Shown piece by piece: positions 49,619-60,048 of a DNA stretch of 64,000 bases; the stretch's first letter is position 1; each line of letters starts with the position of its first letter. The position numbers and the translations under genes were made by a program. Below the pieces are notes generated by a model. That model had not been told where the DNA came from and did no database searches. It saw only the letters and a program-made list of their open reading frames with translations. Location of the stretch: NCBI GenBank assembly GCA_050294405.1, contig JBNKOC010000012.1, positions 552,091 to 616,090 on the forward strand, given 5' to 3'. Source of the stretch: Fibrobacteria bacterium (GTDB lineage: Bacteria; Fibrobacterota; Fibrobacteria; UBA11236; JADFYW01).

Positions 49619-50659
49619 TTAATTCCCAAGTATTTGAATAGTTCCGCTTTCAACTGATTTGTTGGAAAGGGCAACCTTGTATACATATTTTCCTGGTGCG
49701 GGCTTTGGGGTTAGTTTCAAGATACCATAGTTATCTGTTTCACCGGAGAAAATATTTTTACCCTGGGTATCATAAAGACGAACTAAAGTATTAGCCATTC
49801 CCAAATACCAATTCATTTCTGCCTTGGATTTAAAAATTAATTTTTTAGAGAGTTGGGAAGGGTTGCGCTTTTGAATACTGGTACTGGTATCCTCGGGCAC
49901 CGTATCTGTTTCTAAAGGGTGTAGCCAACGCATGGCCTGGATGAGTTGTTTTTGAAATTCCGGAGTGCTTATAGAACCCAAATCGTGCCCACCAGCTGTA
50001 TAATAAATTCGCCCTTCCCCCTGTGTTCTAACCCAGGTCCAGGGCACCAAGAGGGTTTCTTCCAGAGCCCACATCAATGTATCTAAATCGTCTTTTAAAA
50101 AATCATGTAACCTTCCCTCGTCATCAAAGGGATAGGGCTCAAGGCCTTCTACAGCGGGGTGCTCCGATTCAATAGGCTGGACATCCGCTAGGCCAGGTCC
50201 GTGTTCGGTCCAGGTGGCTCCAATTAGATTAATATAGCCCTCATTTTGAATCCAGGCACTGGAAGCTGCATGTATGGCAAGAAAGGCGTTTCCAGCTTCA
50301 ACCCATTCCACTAAATCATCATCTTGCTGCTGAGTTAAATTGGGAAGGCCAGCCTGGGCTCCTTTGAGTCCGGTCCAAACCATAAGGATGTCGTAATTAT
50401 CTAAAGTATCTTTCACAAAAACTTCATTAATATCCTCTCTATAAGTGACAGAAAAGCCGGAATCTGTAAGTACAGGAACAAACTCATCCCGTTGAGCCGA
50501 AACATTGTGGCTGGAGTTGTCCCCTCCCATCCAAAGGATTTTTACAGACGCTGAATTTTCCTGGGAAAGAATAGGAACAACCAACAAGGCGCTAAACAAA
50601 AAAAGAAATGTTTTTATAAACATAATATGGAAATTATTTAAGCTTTTAAAATAGGACAT
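49619..50659 (-). CDS. ThuA-like (class I glutamine amidotransferase-like fold) secreted protein with T9SS-type CTD
   Basis: ThuA-like core (...ILWMGGDNSSH...YDILMVWTG...FLAIHAASSAW...). C-terminus ...GKYVYKVALSNKSVESGTIQILGN is CTD-like. A likely alternative start is the internal Met giving signal peptide MFIKTFLFLFSALLVVPILSQE (about nt 50623). Confidence 0.55.
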   Translation of the reverse strand: MSYFKSLNNFHIMFIKTFLFLFSALLVVPILSQENSASVKILWMGGDNSSHNVSAQRDEFVPVLTDSGFSVTYREDINEVFVKDTLDNYDILMVWTGLKGAQAGLPNLTQQQDDDLVEWVEAGNAFLAIHAASSAWIQNEGYINLIGATWTEHGPGLADVQPIESEHPAVEGLEPYPFDDEGRLHDFLKDDLDTLMWALEETLLVPWTWVRTQGEGRIYYTAGGHDLGSISTPEFQKQLIQAMRWLHPLETDTVPEDTSTSIQKRNPSQLSKKLIFKSKAEMNWYLGMANTLVRLYDTQGKNIFSGETDNYGILKLTPKPAPGKYVYKVALSNKSVESGTIQILGN

Positions 50660-50673
50660 TGCAAGAAACTCCC

Positions 50674-52758
50674 TTATTGGATGACAGTTACCTTTCCAGA
50701 TTGCTCTCTTATATTCGGAAAACGAAGCTGGTACAGGTAAATACCTGGCAAAAGTGTATTTGAACGGTGAATTTGGCCTTTTATTATGGGTAGTGTTTGT
50801 AAGGATTTGCCGTTAACATTCATTAGCAAAAGGCTTCCAGATGGCCCCGGATTATTTCCAATTAATTTAAGCTGTCCGTTCCAAACAAGTTGAAAATTCT
50901 GGGTGCGTGGCTCTGGAAAAATATCTACAGCTTTATCCAACCCAGGTATTGTAGGCAACTCATTTACTTTTTCCAAAACAGCAAGTTCATTAAACAGCTT
51001 AGTGGAGTATTGGTCCAAATCTGCAAAATCCGAATACATGGGGCTCGCCGTAACAGCGGGGAGTTTTGTTAACTTATACATGGCCCGTATTCTCACCAAG
51101 GCATCTGGGTCATTAATTCTACCCATTTCCAAAATTGCAGAGGTAGACAGATTATGTATAGGCAAGGCATCAATCACATTCCAGCGAACATGGGAACTGG
51201 GATGGGTTATCAATTCCCTGAGTATCGGAACCCAGGTTTCGGGCTCTTCTTCGAACAATCCCCAGCCTTCAAGTGTGCGCAGGGCGTGTACAACTTTGGG
51301 AGACTGGCCGATGGAATTGACTTGCTTTGACTCCAGCATAGTGGAAAGTTCAGCAATTACATTTTCACTGGGGCCAAAGGATAATAAAATTCTTTGGGCA
51401 TGAAGCCGCCAAAGCAAATTTGGGTTGTTAAATGCATTTAGTAATTCGCTGGTTGTGGCATTTTTAAGGTCCAGTATTGGCTCCAGGGGTGAACTGTCGT
51501 AAGTTACCCGGTATACCCGGCTATGTTGGTTGTCTCTTAAAGGAGAAATTTCGGCATTGCCTAATTGGGTTCTGGGGTTATTATAACTATGAGACACATA
51601 ATAGTTGTACCAATCTAAAACCCACAAGGCCCCGTCTGGTCCTGTTAGCGCCTGAATAGGGGCTGTCCAGGCATCAGAACTGACGAAAATATTATAAGCA
51701 TTTACATCTTCTGTGGCTTCAAAGCTACTTGCTTTTTCAATTAGAAAATCCTGGTGGCATAAATGGGAAGTGGGGTCACATACAAAAGCGCTTTTATTCC
51801 AATATTTTTCCGGAAAATGCCTGGCAGTGTATAGGGAATGGTTGGCGGCTGCCGCATAACCTGGGTTATTTCGATTGATTTGATCGGTGACCGGATGTGT
51901 TTCCAAAGATGTATGGTCCGGGGTCAAGGCCAATTCTCCTGGATAAACCTGATGGAAAGAATGGGCCTGATTTGCTGTGGACACAAAAATTTGACCGGCT
52001 TCAGATAATCCAAATCCCCAGGTATTATTGCTGGTGTGTGAAAGCACCTCAAAATTGTCCGAATCGGTTCTAAAACGAATAATGGACTGACTAACATTCT
52101 GGCCTTTAACATTGCCCCCGCTGTATCCCACTAACCCGTAAATCCAGTTGTCCAACCCATAATGGAGGTTGGAAATGGTGGCATGTGTGTCGTCCCGATT
52201 AAAACCAGTATATAAAATATTTCCTTTTGGGTTGTCAGCTACATCATCTCCGTCTTCATCCTTAAACAAAAGAAGGTGGGGGGCCATGGCTACGACCAAT
52301 CCCTGAGCGCTATGTACAAGACCCGTTACCAGATTTAATCCTTCCGCAAATATTTTTAGATTATCGGCTGTTCCGTCTTTATCGCTGTCTTCCACAATTA
52401 CAATTCTATCGGAACCCGAAAAGGGGTCTGTTAAAACCGTATGGGGGTAATCAAAAGTTTCTGCGGCCCAGAGCCGGCCTTGTTCATCAAAGTTTAGGGC
52501 CACCAAAGATCGAATCGCGCCCATGGAACTGTCCTCGCTGGCCCATAAAGAAGCTGAAAAGCCAGGGGGTGTTTGAATACAGGCCTTGGATTCTTCAGCA
52601 GAAAGCATTAGCTGAACTCTATCCATAAAATGGGCTGGCCAATCCTCGGGGGGAGGTTCATAGGCAAAATCAGGACAGTTTTGGGAAAAAGAAGAAACAG
52701 CGAGCATTGTAAATGCGCTTATTAATAATCGCAATGGCGTACCTTTAGCTAAAAACAT
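50674..52758 (-). CDS. Membrane-bound-dehydrogenase-domain-like (sorbosone/glucose dehydrogenase-type beta-propeller) protein with HEAT-like repeats and T9SS-type CTD
   Basis: Signal peptide. ...DSDKDGTADNLKIFAEGLNLVTGLVHSAQGLVVA...DEDGDDVADNP... is typical of the PVC-type putative membrane-bound dehydrogenase domain. Alpha-helical HEAT-like region (...LWRLHAQRILLSFGPS...). C-terminus ...GIYLYQLRFPNIREQSGKVTVIQ. Confidence 0.5.
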   Translation of the reverse strand: MFLAKGTPLRLLISAFTMLAVSSFSQNCPDFAYEPPPEDWPAHFMDRVQLMLSAEESKACIQTPPGFSASLWASEDSSMGAIRSLVALNFDEQGRLWAAETFDYPHTVLTDPFSGSDRIVIVEDSDKDGTADNLKIFAEGLNLVTGLVHSAQGLVVAMAPHLLLFKDEDGDDVADNPKGNILYTGFNRDDTHATISNLHYGLDNWIYGLVGYSGGNVKGQNVSQSIIRFRTDSDNFEVLSHTSNNTWGFGLSEAGQIFVSTANQAHSFHQVYPGELALTPDHTSLETHPVTDQINRNNPGYAAAANHSLYTARHFPEKYWNKSAFVCDPTSHLCHQDFLIEKASSFEATEDVNAYNIFVSSDAWTAPIQALTGPDGALWVLDWYNYYVSHSYNNPRTQLGNAEISPLRDNQHSRVYRVTYDSSPLEPILDLKNATTSELLNAFNNPNLLWRLHAQRILLSFGPSENVIAELSTMLESKQVNSIGQSPKVVHALRTLEGWGLFEEEPETWVPILRELITHPSSHVRWNVIDALPIHNLSTSAILEMGRINDPDALVRIRAMYKLTKLPAVTASPMYSDFADLDQYSTKLFNELAVLEKVNELPTIPGLDKAVDIFPEPRTQNFQLVWNGQLKLIGNNPGPSGSLLLMNVNGKSLQTLPIIKGQIHRSNTLLPGIYLYQLRFPNIREQSGKVTVIQ

Positions 52759-52916
52759 TGGACCGGCCAGATTGCCGGATGTTTTAAATCCTTTCCCCGG
52801 TATAGCTTAACATATTGGAGTTTGGCTTTGGTGTCAATAAAAACTTTGCCAAATATCCTGTGAGAAGTGAAAAAATGCTGAAATGCGCTATTAAGGAGAT
52901 TTTTATCTTAAAAATA

Positions 52917-53981
52917 TCAATCAAATACATCATTGATATCTTTGCTGAAGATATCCATCCAATCGCATTCCTTAACAAATTTCCCAATAACCTGGGGGTC
53001 ATATAAAATCAAACTTCTCTGGTAGGTGCTGTTTTTTGTTTTTGTTGCTACAGCATCCATTTTTACTAAATCCAGTTTTTTTAATTCGTCCAGTTTTTCT
53101 TCATTTATATTGGTATCTTCACCCAGTTGTTCCAGATGAAGCTGTATTTGCTTAATATCTAAAACCGTAAGGTCGTTACGCCGGGTGCCACGGGTTTTTC
53201 CTGCTTCCAGGATGTAATTGGCCAGTAGTTTAGCTTCATCGGAAGATTCTTCACTTACCGGGGTTAGGCCTTTCCATTTTTTCCTTAAGAAATCATAATA
53301 TATTTGAATTAGTTCAATGTCTGTTATCTTAATATAGGACTTGCCTTGTTTGTTTTTTTGGCGGGTTAAAAGAGATAACAACTCCAGACCCTTTAACAGT
53401 TTTTGAACGTCAGCGCTGGAAAGCCCAAATATGGAATAACATATTTCCCTTACCTTTTCCTCAGGGACAAATGTTCCGTTGGCATCGCTAACGGCTCCAT
53501 TTTTATGAACCTCAAGCAATGCTTTTAAAAGAGCGACTAAGCCACTTTGTAAAATATCCCGGTAATTTCTGCTGGTGGTGTCCCGAAGGCGTTGCACCAC
53601 GATTTTAATTACATTGTTAAGCCAGCTTGGCACCTTAGCCAGGGTAGCGTTTAAGTGATTCTGATCTATGGCAGTAACATATAATGGCTCTACGGCCTGT
53701 GCAGAGGCCGAGCGAGGGGCGTTGTCCAAAAGACTCATTTCGCCCAATACCGAGCCAGGGCCAAGAGTTACCAGCTCTACCATCTTAGAGCCTTCTTCTT
53801 TGAGGATTTTAACTTTACCCTTTTTAATGATAAACATCTCCGTTCCGCTGTCGCCTTCTAAAAATAAAAAGTCACCTTGCTTGACATGGCGTTCAAATTT
53901 GGATTTGGCCAACGCAGCCTGACGGCCCTGGGCTATGGGGGTTTTGGAACCGGCTTGTGGCTGTGGTGCGGAACTGGGCAT
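52917..53981 (-). CDS. Cyclic-nucleotide-binding domain protein with uncharacterised about 200-aa C-terminal domain (paralogue B)
   Basis: cNMP-binding beta-roll FLFLEGDSGTEMFIIKKGKVKI...LGPGSVLGEMSLLDNAPRSASAQAV. Confidence 0.6.
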   Translation of the reverse strand: MPSSAPQPQAGSKTPIAQGRQAALAKSKFERHVKQGDFLFLEGDSGTEMFIIKKGKVKILKEEGSKMVELVTLGPGSVLGEMSLLDNAPRSASAQAVEPLYVTAIDQNHLNATLAKVPSWLNNVIKIVVQRLRDTTSRNYRDILQSGLVALLKALLEVHKNGAVSDANGTFVPEEKVREICYSIFGLSSADVQKLLKGLELLSLLTRQKNKQGKSYIKITDIELIQIYYDFLRKKWKGLTPVSEESSDEAKLLANYILEAGKTRGTRRNDLTVLDIKQIQLHLEQLGEDTNINEEKLDELKKLDLVKMDAVATKTKNSTYQRSLILYDPQVIGKFVKECDWMDIFSKDINDVFD

Positions 53982-53989
53982 ATTAATAA

Positions 53990-55006
53990 TCAGCTGTTAA
54001 AAGATTCCACCCAAGGAAGAGAATCCAGGGAGTCCGTCACATTTGCAGGGTTCAATACATAGTAACCCTTTTTGGAGCTTTCGTTAGGAGGCTGGTATTT
54101 TAAAAAACCATTATTACCCAGCGGTTTTAACATTCCTAAGGAAAATCCCTTTACTTTTTGGCTTAAAATTCTTTCCAGTTCTTCCCGGAGTAAATAGCTG
54201 TTGGCTGCTTTGTTTGTCCCCTTTTCTTTAAAAATAGCGAGGCATTGTTCCAATACCTGGACGCCTTCTTTCCCAATAGCAATTATGGGCAGCTGGGCGG
54301 ATTGGTCTTTGGCAGAAAGAAATTCCACATAATATTTAAGGGCTCTAAAATTTTTAGCCACAATATGTTTAGTTCCCGTGGCCGGAACAATACGGATTAA
54401 CTTTTTGTCTTCCAACCCCTTTAAATTTTGCGCCACATCACCGGATTTTAATTTAGTGATAAATTGAACTTCGGAAACAAAATTGTAATAGTCCAGGGTC
54501 CGCTCATTGCCCTGTTTTTCTTCGGCCAGTTCATCGCCTAACATGTATAGCAAATGGCAAACGGCCTTCTCACGGTTTTTTAAAATGGAAGTGCCAATGC
54601 TTTTGTTTGTATCTCTTAAGCGGGATGTGACAATGCGGATAATGGACGTTAGCCAAATAGGAAGTAAGCTGGCCACGGCATTAAAAGTGGCTTCATTAAT
54701 GATGACAGCTTTTGTTTCTTTAATGGTGGTGGCGCTGGCCGAGCGAGGCTGTTTGTCTAAAAGGGACATCTCTCCCAAAATGGCACCTGGGCCCAACACA
54801 GCCAATTGAACTTCATCATCCTTAGTGCCTTTGGTGATTTTAATTTCACCTTCGGATATAATAAAAAGTTCGCGACCCACTTCCCCCTCTAAAAAAAGCG
54901 GGGAGCCCGGGGGAAAAATCTTAACATTTTTGGGAGGTGGCCTGCGCCCTGTCTTCAATTCGGTCCGCGTAAAGGTGGAGCCCGTCAGAGCGCGGTTGAT
55001 TCCCAT
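53990..55006 (-). CDS. Cyclic-nucleotide-binding domain protein with uncharacterised C-terminal domain (paralogue A)
   Basis: FLEGEVGRELFIISEGEIKI...LGPGAILGEMSLLDKQPRSASATTI. Shares a post-domain segment with its neighbour (IIRIVTSRLRDTNKS vs VIKIVVQRLRDTTSRN). Confidence 0.6.
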   Translation of the reverse strand: MGINRALTGSTFTRTELKTGRRPPPKNVKIFPPGSPLFLEGEVGRELFIISEGEIKITKGTKDDEVQLAVLGPGAILGEMSLLDKQPRSASATTIKETKAVIINEATFNAVASLLPIWLTSIIRIVTSRLRDTNKSIGTSILKNREKAVCHLLYMLGDELAEEKQGNERTLDYYNFVSEVQFITKLKSGDVAQNLKGLEDKKLIRIVPATGTKHIVAKNFRALKYYVEFLSAKDQSAQLPIIAIGKEGVQVLEQCLAIFKEKGTNKAANSYLLREELERILSQKVKGFSLGMLKPLGNNGFLKYQPPNESSKKGYYVLNPANVTDSLDSLPWVESFNS

Positions 55007-55012
55007 GTATGT

Positions 55013-55375
55013 TTAGCCTTTGGTGTTGTCGATCACCCTCTTTTTAATACGGGCTGCTTTACCTTGCAATCCGCGCAAATAGAAAATACGGGCGCGACGA
55101 ACCTTGCCCATTCTATCAAGGGAGATTTTGGTGATGTTGGGGGAATGTATAGGGAAAATTCTTTCAACGGGAATTTGCCCTGAAATTTTACGAACAGTAA
55201 AAGTTTCGCGAATGCCATCGCCACGACGTTGGATAACAACACCTGTATAAATCTGGGTTCGCACTTTGTTACCTTCTACTACTTTTACATGAACGCTTAC
55301 GGTGTCGCCGGCTTTGAAATCCGGAATATCTGTCTTTAACGCGTCTTTTTCGATTTCCGTAATAATGCTGGACAT
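55013..55375 (-). CDS. rplS: 50S ribosomal protein L19
   Basis: ...[57 protein letters not shown]... Confidence 0.9.
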   Translation of the reverse strand: MSSIITEIEKDALKTDIPDFKAGDTVSVHVKVVEGNKVRTQIYTGVVIQRRGDGIRETFTVRKISGQIPVERIFPIHSPNITKISLDRMGKVRRARIFYLRGLQGKAARIKKRVIDNTKG

Positions 55376-55425
55376 GTGTCTACCTTCCTTTTGATTGTAT
55401 TATAGTTATGGAAATTTTTCCGTAT

Positions 55426-56130
55426 TTATTGTTTTTTCTCCAGAATTTGGGGATTTTCGGCAGCCCATAACTCGGGACGGCGCATTTTCGTTAATTCTGC
55501 GCTTGCCTTTTCCCTCCATTCTTCAATTTTTTTGTGGTGACCTGAAATGAGCGCCTCTGGCACTTTTTTTCCCTCAAATTCAAAGGGACGGGTATAAACA
55601 GGCCACCCAAGTCGATCGCCGGTATAAAAAGAATCTGTTTCCAGAGATTTAAAATCCCCGGCCACTCCGGGCAATAGCCGTGCAACGCTGTCAATAAGCA
55701 TCATTGCGGGTATTTCCCCTCCAGTTAACACAAAATCTCCAATACTAATTTCTTCGTCAACGTACTGTTCACGAATCCTTTGATCGATTCCTTTATAATG
55801 ACCGCAAATGATAAGAATATTTTGTCGATTAGCCAATTCGGCGGCCTTTTTTTGTGTATAGGGGTTGCCTTGAGGGGTGAGAAAAATCCGGTGTACCTCC
55901 CGGTCCTGGCAAATTTGCGAAATAGCATTTTTTAAGGGCTCGGGTTTTAAAACCATGCCTGGCTCCCCTCCAAAGGGCACATCGTCCACGGTTTTGTGTT
56001 TATCCAAGGCGTATTCCCGTAAATAATGAGGATAAAGCTCCAATTTGCCCAATTTTTGGGCTTTTCCAGTGATGGAGGCATTAAGGGCCGAAAACATTTG
56101 AGGAAAAAGAGTCAGCACATCAATTCTCAT
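55426..56130 (-). CDS. trmD: tRNA (guanine37-N1)-methyltransferase
   Basis: MRIDVLTLFPQMF... and the SPOUT knot region (...ILICGHYKGIDQRI...GDFVLTGGEIPAMMLIDSVARLLPGV...). Confidence 0.9.
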   Translation of the reverse strand: MRIDVLTLFPQMFSALNASITGKAQKLGKLELYPHYLREYALDKHKTVDDVPFGGEPGMVLKPEPLKNAISQICQDREVHRIFLTPQGNPYTQKKAAELANRQNILIICGHYKGIDQRIREQYVDEEISIGDFVLTGGEIPAMMLIDSVARLLPGVAGDFKSLETDSFYTGDRLGWPVYTRPFEFEGKKVPEALISGHHKKIEEWREKASAELTKMRRPELWAAENPQILEKKQ

Positions 56131-56683
56131 AAAGGCCCTCTAACAGGTCGAATTGAATGTGCATCTGTTGGTTTTCTTCATCTACTTTTTTTACAAAGGC
56201 CTCCACCCAGGGCACCAAATATTCCTTGTGATCCGGGTTCACCGGGTGGATTTTAATTAAATCTTGGTTGGGATACTCAAGAATCTCTACAATTTCCCCC
56301 AAATCTTTGCCCTCCATATCCACGGCCCGAAAGCCAATCACATCAGAGGTGTAAATCATATCTTCGGGAAGCTCCAGGCGGTTTTCATCTTCCACAAACA
56401 AAAGGCCCCCGCTAAATTCTTTCACGGCTTCGGGGGTTAAATAATTTTCAAATTTCAAATGCCAAAAGTTTCCCTGCAATCTTGAGGCAGCTACTTTTAA
56501 ATTTATGGGCTTGGCTTTGGGATGCTTTTTAAAAACCACTTCGCTTAACTGGTTGTGGCGGTGTATATCAAAACTCTCGGGGCGAACCTTAATTTCGCCC
56601 GTTAATCCAAATGGTTTTATAGTGGTTCCAATTAGCGTGAGTTCGGCTTGGGGCCCCTTTGGATGAGTGGAGGAAGAACTCAT
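56120..56683 (-). CDS. rimM: 16S rRNA processing protein RimM
   Basis: ...LIGTTIKPFGLTGEIKV... N-terminal barrel and PRC-barrel C-terminus. Lies between rpsP and trmD. Confidence 0.8.
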   Translation of the reverse strand: MSSSSTHPKGPQAELTLIGTTIKPFGLTGEIKVRPESFDIHRHNQLSEVVFKKHPKAKPINLKVAASRLQGNFWHLKFENYLTPEAVKEFSGGLLFVEDENRLELPEDMIYTSDVIGFRAVDMEGKDLGEIVEILEYPNQDLIKIHPVNPDHKEYLVPWVEAFVKKVDEENQQMHIQFDLLEGLYEN

Positions 56684-56712
56684 GGCAAGGAAGGCCCTTA
56701 ATCGAGAAGGGA

Positions 56713-57180
56713 TTAACCTTCTTTTGGAGCTTCGGCAGCTTCTTCAGGAGCTGCGGCAGCAGCGGCTTCTGCTTCGGCTTTTGCCTTGGCTTCCGCTTCT
56801 GCAGCGGCTTTGGCTTCTGCTTCAGCAGCAGTTCTGGCCTGGGCTTTTTTGTTGGGTTTTGCTTTGCGCACTTTCCATTCTTTGGATTTAGGATCGTCTT
56901 CTAAAGTGGCTTTGCCAGCTTTGATTTGAGAAAACTTTTCCATAATTCCTTTAGTGTGGAACAAGGAACGTACGCTGTCAGAAACTTGTGCACCCTTTAA
57001 CATCCAATCCAAAGCGGAAGCTTCGTTAACAACCAATTCAGGGGGATTGATGTTAGGGTTATAGTGGCCCACATGCTCCAAAAAACGGCCAGTGGGCTTG
57101 TAGCGGCTATCCGCCACAGTAATTTTGTATTTGGCCTCGTGTGTGCGGCCTCTTCTAGCTAGTCGAATAACAGTAGCCAA
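56713..57180 (-). CDS. rpsP: 30S ribosomal protein S16 with Ala/Glu/Lys-rich C-terminal extension
   Basis: MATVIRLARRGRTHEAKYKITVADSRYKPTGRFLEHVGHYNP... followed by (AEAKA)n-like low-complexity tail. Confidence 0.9.
   Translation of the reverse strand: MATVIRLARRGRTHEAKYKITVADSRYKPTGRFLEHVGHYNPNINPPELVVNEASALDWMLKGAQVSDSVRSLFHTKGIMEKFSQIKAGKATLEDDPKSKEWKVRKAKPNKKAQARTAAEAEAKAAAEAEAKAKAEAEAAAAAAPEEAAEAPKEG
56716..56830 (-). repeat. Low-complexity GC-rich imperfect tandem repeat (GCTTCGGC/GCAGCGGC units) encoding the A/E/K-rich tail of S16
   Basis: Seen directly in the sequence: ...gcttcggcagcttcttcaggagctgcggcagcagcggcttctgcttcggc... Confidence 0.5.
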
Positions 57181-57635
57181 TGGTTTTCCTCCGTAAATTT
57201 TGAAGCGTAATTTTAATAAAAAGCCTATGAAATCTAAAGGAGAAGGACAAAAAAATATTTTTTTATGGCTACTTTCCCTAAAAATCCCCTGTTTTTGCCT
57301 GTATTGGGAGGGTTTGGGGCTCCTGAATCTGGCTGAGAATGGGCTGGCATTAGGGGTTTTTAGGTTAAAAAACTTGGATTGGTTGCTTAGAACCTAAAAA
57401 ATTAGTTGATGCAATAACTGATATTTTGAATTCAACCCATTGAAAACAGCTTTGGAATTGCCGTTCCTCCACTGTTTCTGGGAAAACCAGTCTAGAGACA
57501 TGTATAGAGGCTTTTTCGGAGCCTATTCTTCCCGCTAACCCCGAGTTGGAAAAAAGCCTGTTCTACTCATCCGCAAAGTATAATAACATGCGAAAGGGTG
57601 GGTTTTACAAATCAAATGAGTTGATTTTCCCGGGA

Positions 57636-58706
<1,071 letters not shown>

Positions 58707-59010
58707 CTAAATTTTACATGGTTTTAATGAAAACTTCCTCTCATTCAATTATACTTGATTGAACAACCCCCATCTTAATTAAATAAAATTTGAGGAATTC
58801 AACCCGTAAATCATATCGTATAATATATGGACCCCTGGGAAAAAGTCAACTCAGATTACTTCGGGATATAGACTAAGATAGAGATTTTGATTCCTGAATC
58901 ACAGTGTAGCTAATTTATTCACAATGCTGGAGGAAGAAAGAGAAAGCACACTTAATGTTCTAAATTTCACATTTTTCGCACTTAATGGGGCGATTGTCGT
59001 TCATGGAAAT

Positions 59011-59958
59011 TTAAGAAGCCGGCAGCAATTTTATCACTCCTTTTTTAAAGGCCTTGGGGCTGACCCCCAGCGCTTTTTTGAATTGCTTGCTAAAATGAAA
59101 TTCATCGTAAAAACCCAAAAGCAGGGAAATTTCTTTAATGGAATAATTTTCCAGGGATAAAAATTGCTGGGCTTTTTTCATTTTGACGTTTTGAACATAC
59201 TCCATTGGCGCAATTCCCATAATATCTTTGAACACGGTATGAAATTGCGGCTCGGACAAGGCGATAATTCCCGCGAGCTCGGCCCTATCGATTCTTTTTT
59301 GCAAATTGTTATAAACATAATTCAAGACGGGCATTAACCTTTTTGTTTTGTATAGGAATCCCGCATAACCTTCTGATTTTTTACCTGCTAACAACAATGC
59401 TTTTAATAGATTGAAGTGGCCGATGTTTCTGTCTACTAACAAATGGATGTGGTCTTTGGAATCCGATGTGTTCACACGGTCAATTTCTTCGATAGCGGCG
59501 CCTAATGTTTGCGATATTTTCCCTTTTACTATTAGTCCGAAATGATATAAGGTACTTAGTTCAATGGAACCCAAAATTGAAGCGCGCACATGAGCCCAGC
59601 GCAATACGCCTCCGGTTTTATCCATTCCCACTAAATGGTTAAGGCCAGGTGGCAGCAGCAATGTATGCCCTTTAGGGACAGTTATTCGTTTCCCTCTTTC
59701 CAAATAGCAGTAAAAATCCCCTCCAACTACATTGATTATTACAAAGTAGGGTAAAGTTCTCCAACCGGTGTTGTTGTTGGGCTTACAATGCTGGACTTTG
59801 CCAGAGTGAAAGTCGAATTCAATGGAACCTTCCATTAAATGGTTAAAATCGACATTTTGTGGAGCTTTTTTCATGATTGTGGACTGTTTAATATAGAATT
59901 TAAGTTTCTTCGGTTCCCATAGTTTAAATAATAACTGAATGAGAGTCCAGTTAGCCAT
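59011..59958 (-). CDS. AraC-family transcriptional regulator (cupin-like sensor + C-terminal HTH)
   Basis: C-terminal AraC HTH ...LAGIIALSEPQFHTVFKDIMGIAPMEYVQNVKMKKAQQFL...FHFSKQFKKALGVSPKAFKK. Divergent from hppD. Confidence 0.75.
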   Translation of the reverse strand: MANWTLIQLLFKLWEPKKLKFYIKQSTIMKKAPQNVDFNHLMEGSIEFDFHSGKVQHCKPNNNTGWRTLPYFVIINVVGGDFYCYLERGKRITVPKGHTLLLPPGLNHLVGMDKTGGVLRWAHVRASILGSIELSTLYHFGLIVKGKISQTLGAAIEEIDRVNTSDSKDHIHLLVDRNIGHFNLLKALLLAGKKSEGYAGFLYKTKRLMPVLNYVYNNLQKRIDRAELAGIIALSEPQFHTVFKDIMGIAPMEYVQNVKMKKAQQFLSLENYSIKEISLLLGFYDEFHFSKQFKKALGVSPKAFKKGVIKLLPAS

Positions 59959-60048
59959 ACAATTTTACATGTTTCTGATTTAACTTTCCATTTGTTAGTC
60001 CTGTTAAAATGGTACATTATGAATTGTATTTAAAATCAAGAAATCAAT

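Noticed and set aside
49601-49627. CCCC-TAA-GGGG / GGGAA-atattaa-TTCCC small hairpins between convergent dsbA-like and ThuA-like genes
   Set aside because: Stems of only 4-5 bp overlapping both stop codons. This is too weak to call a terminator.
57181-57635. 455-bp gap next to rpsP, searched for SRP RNA (ffs), tRNA or a riboswitch
   Set aside because: No tRNA T-arm (GGTTCGAAT-like) or 4.5S RNA conserved helix-8 motif was found by eye. It probably holds only the rpsP promoter/leader and a short spurious ORF (57200..57397).
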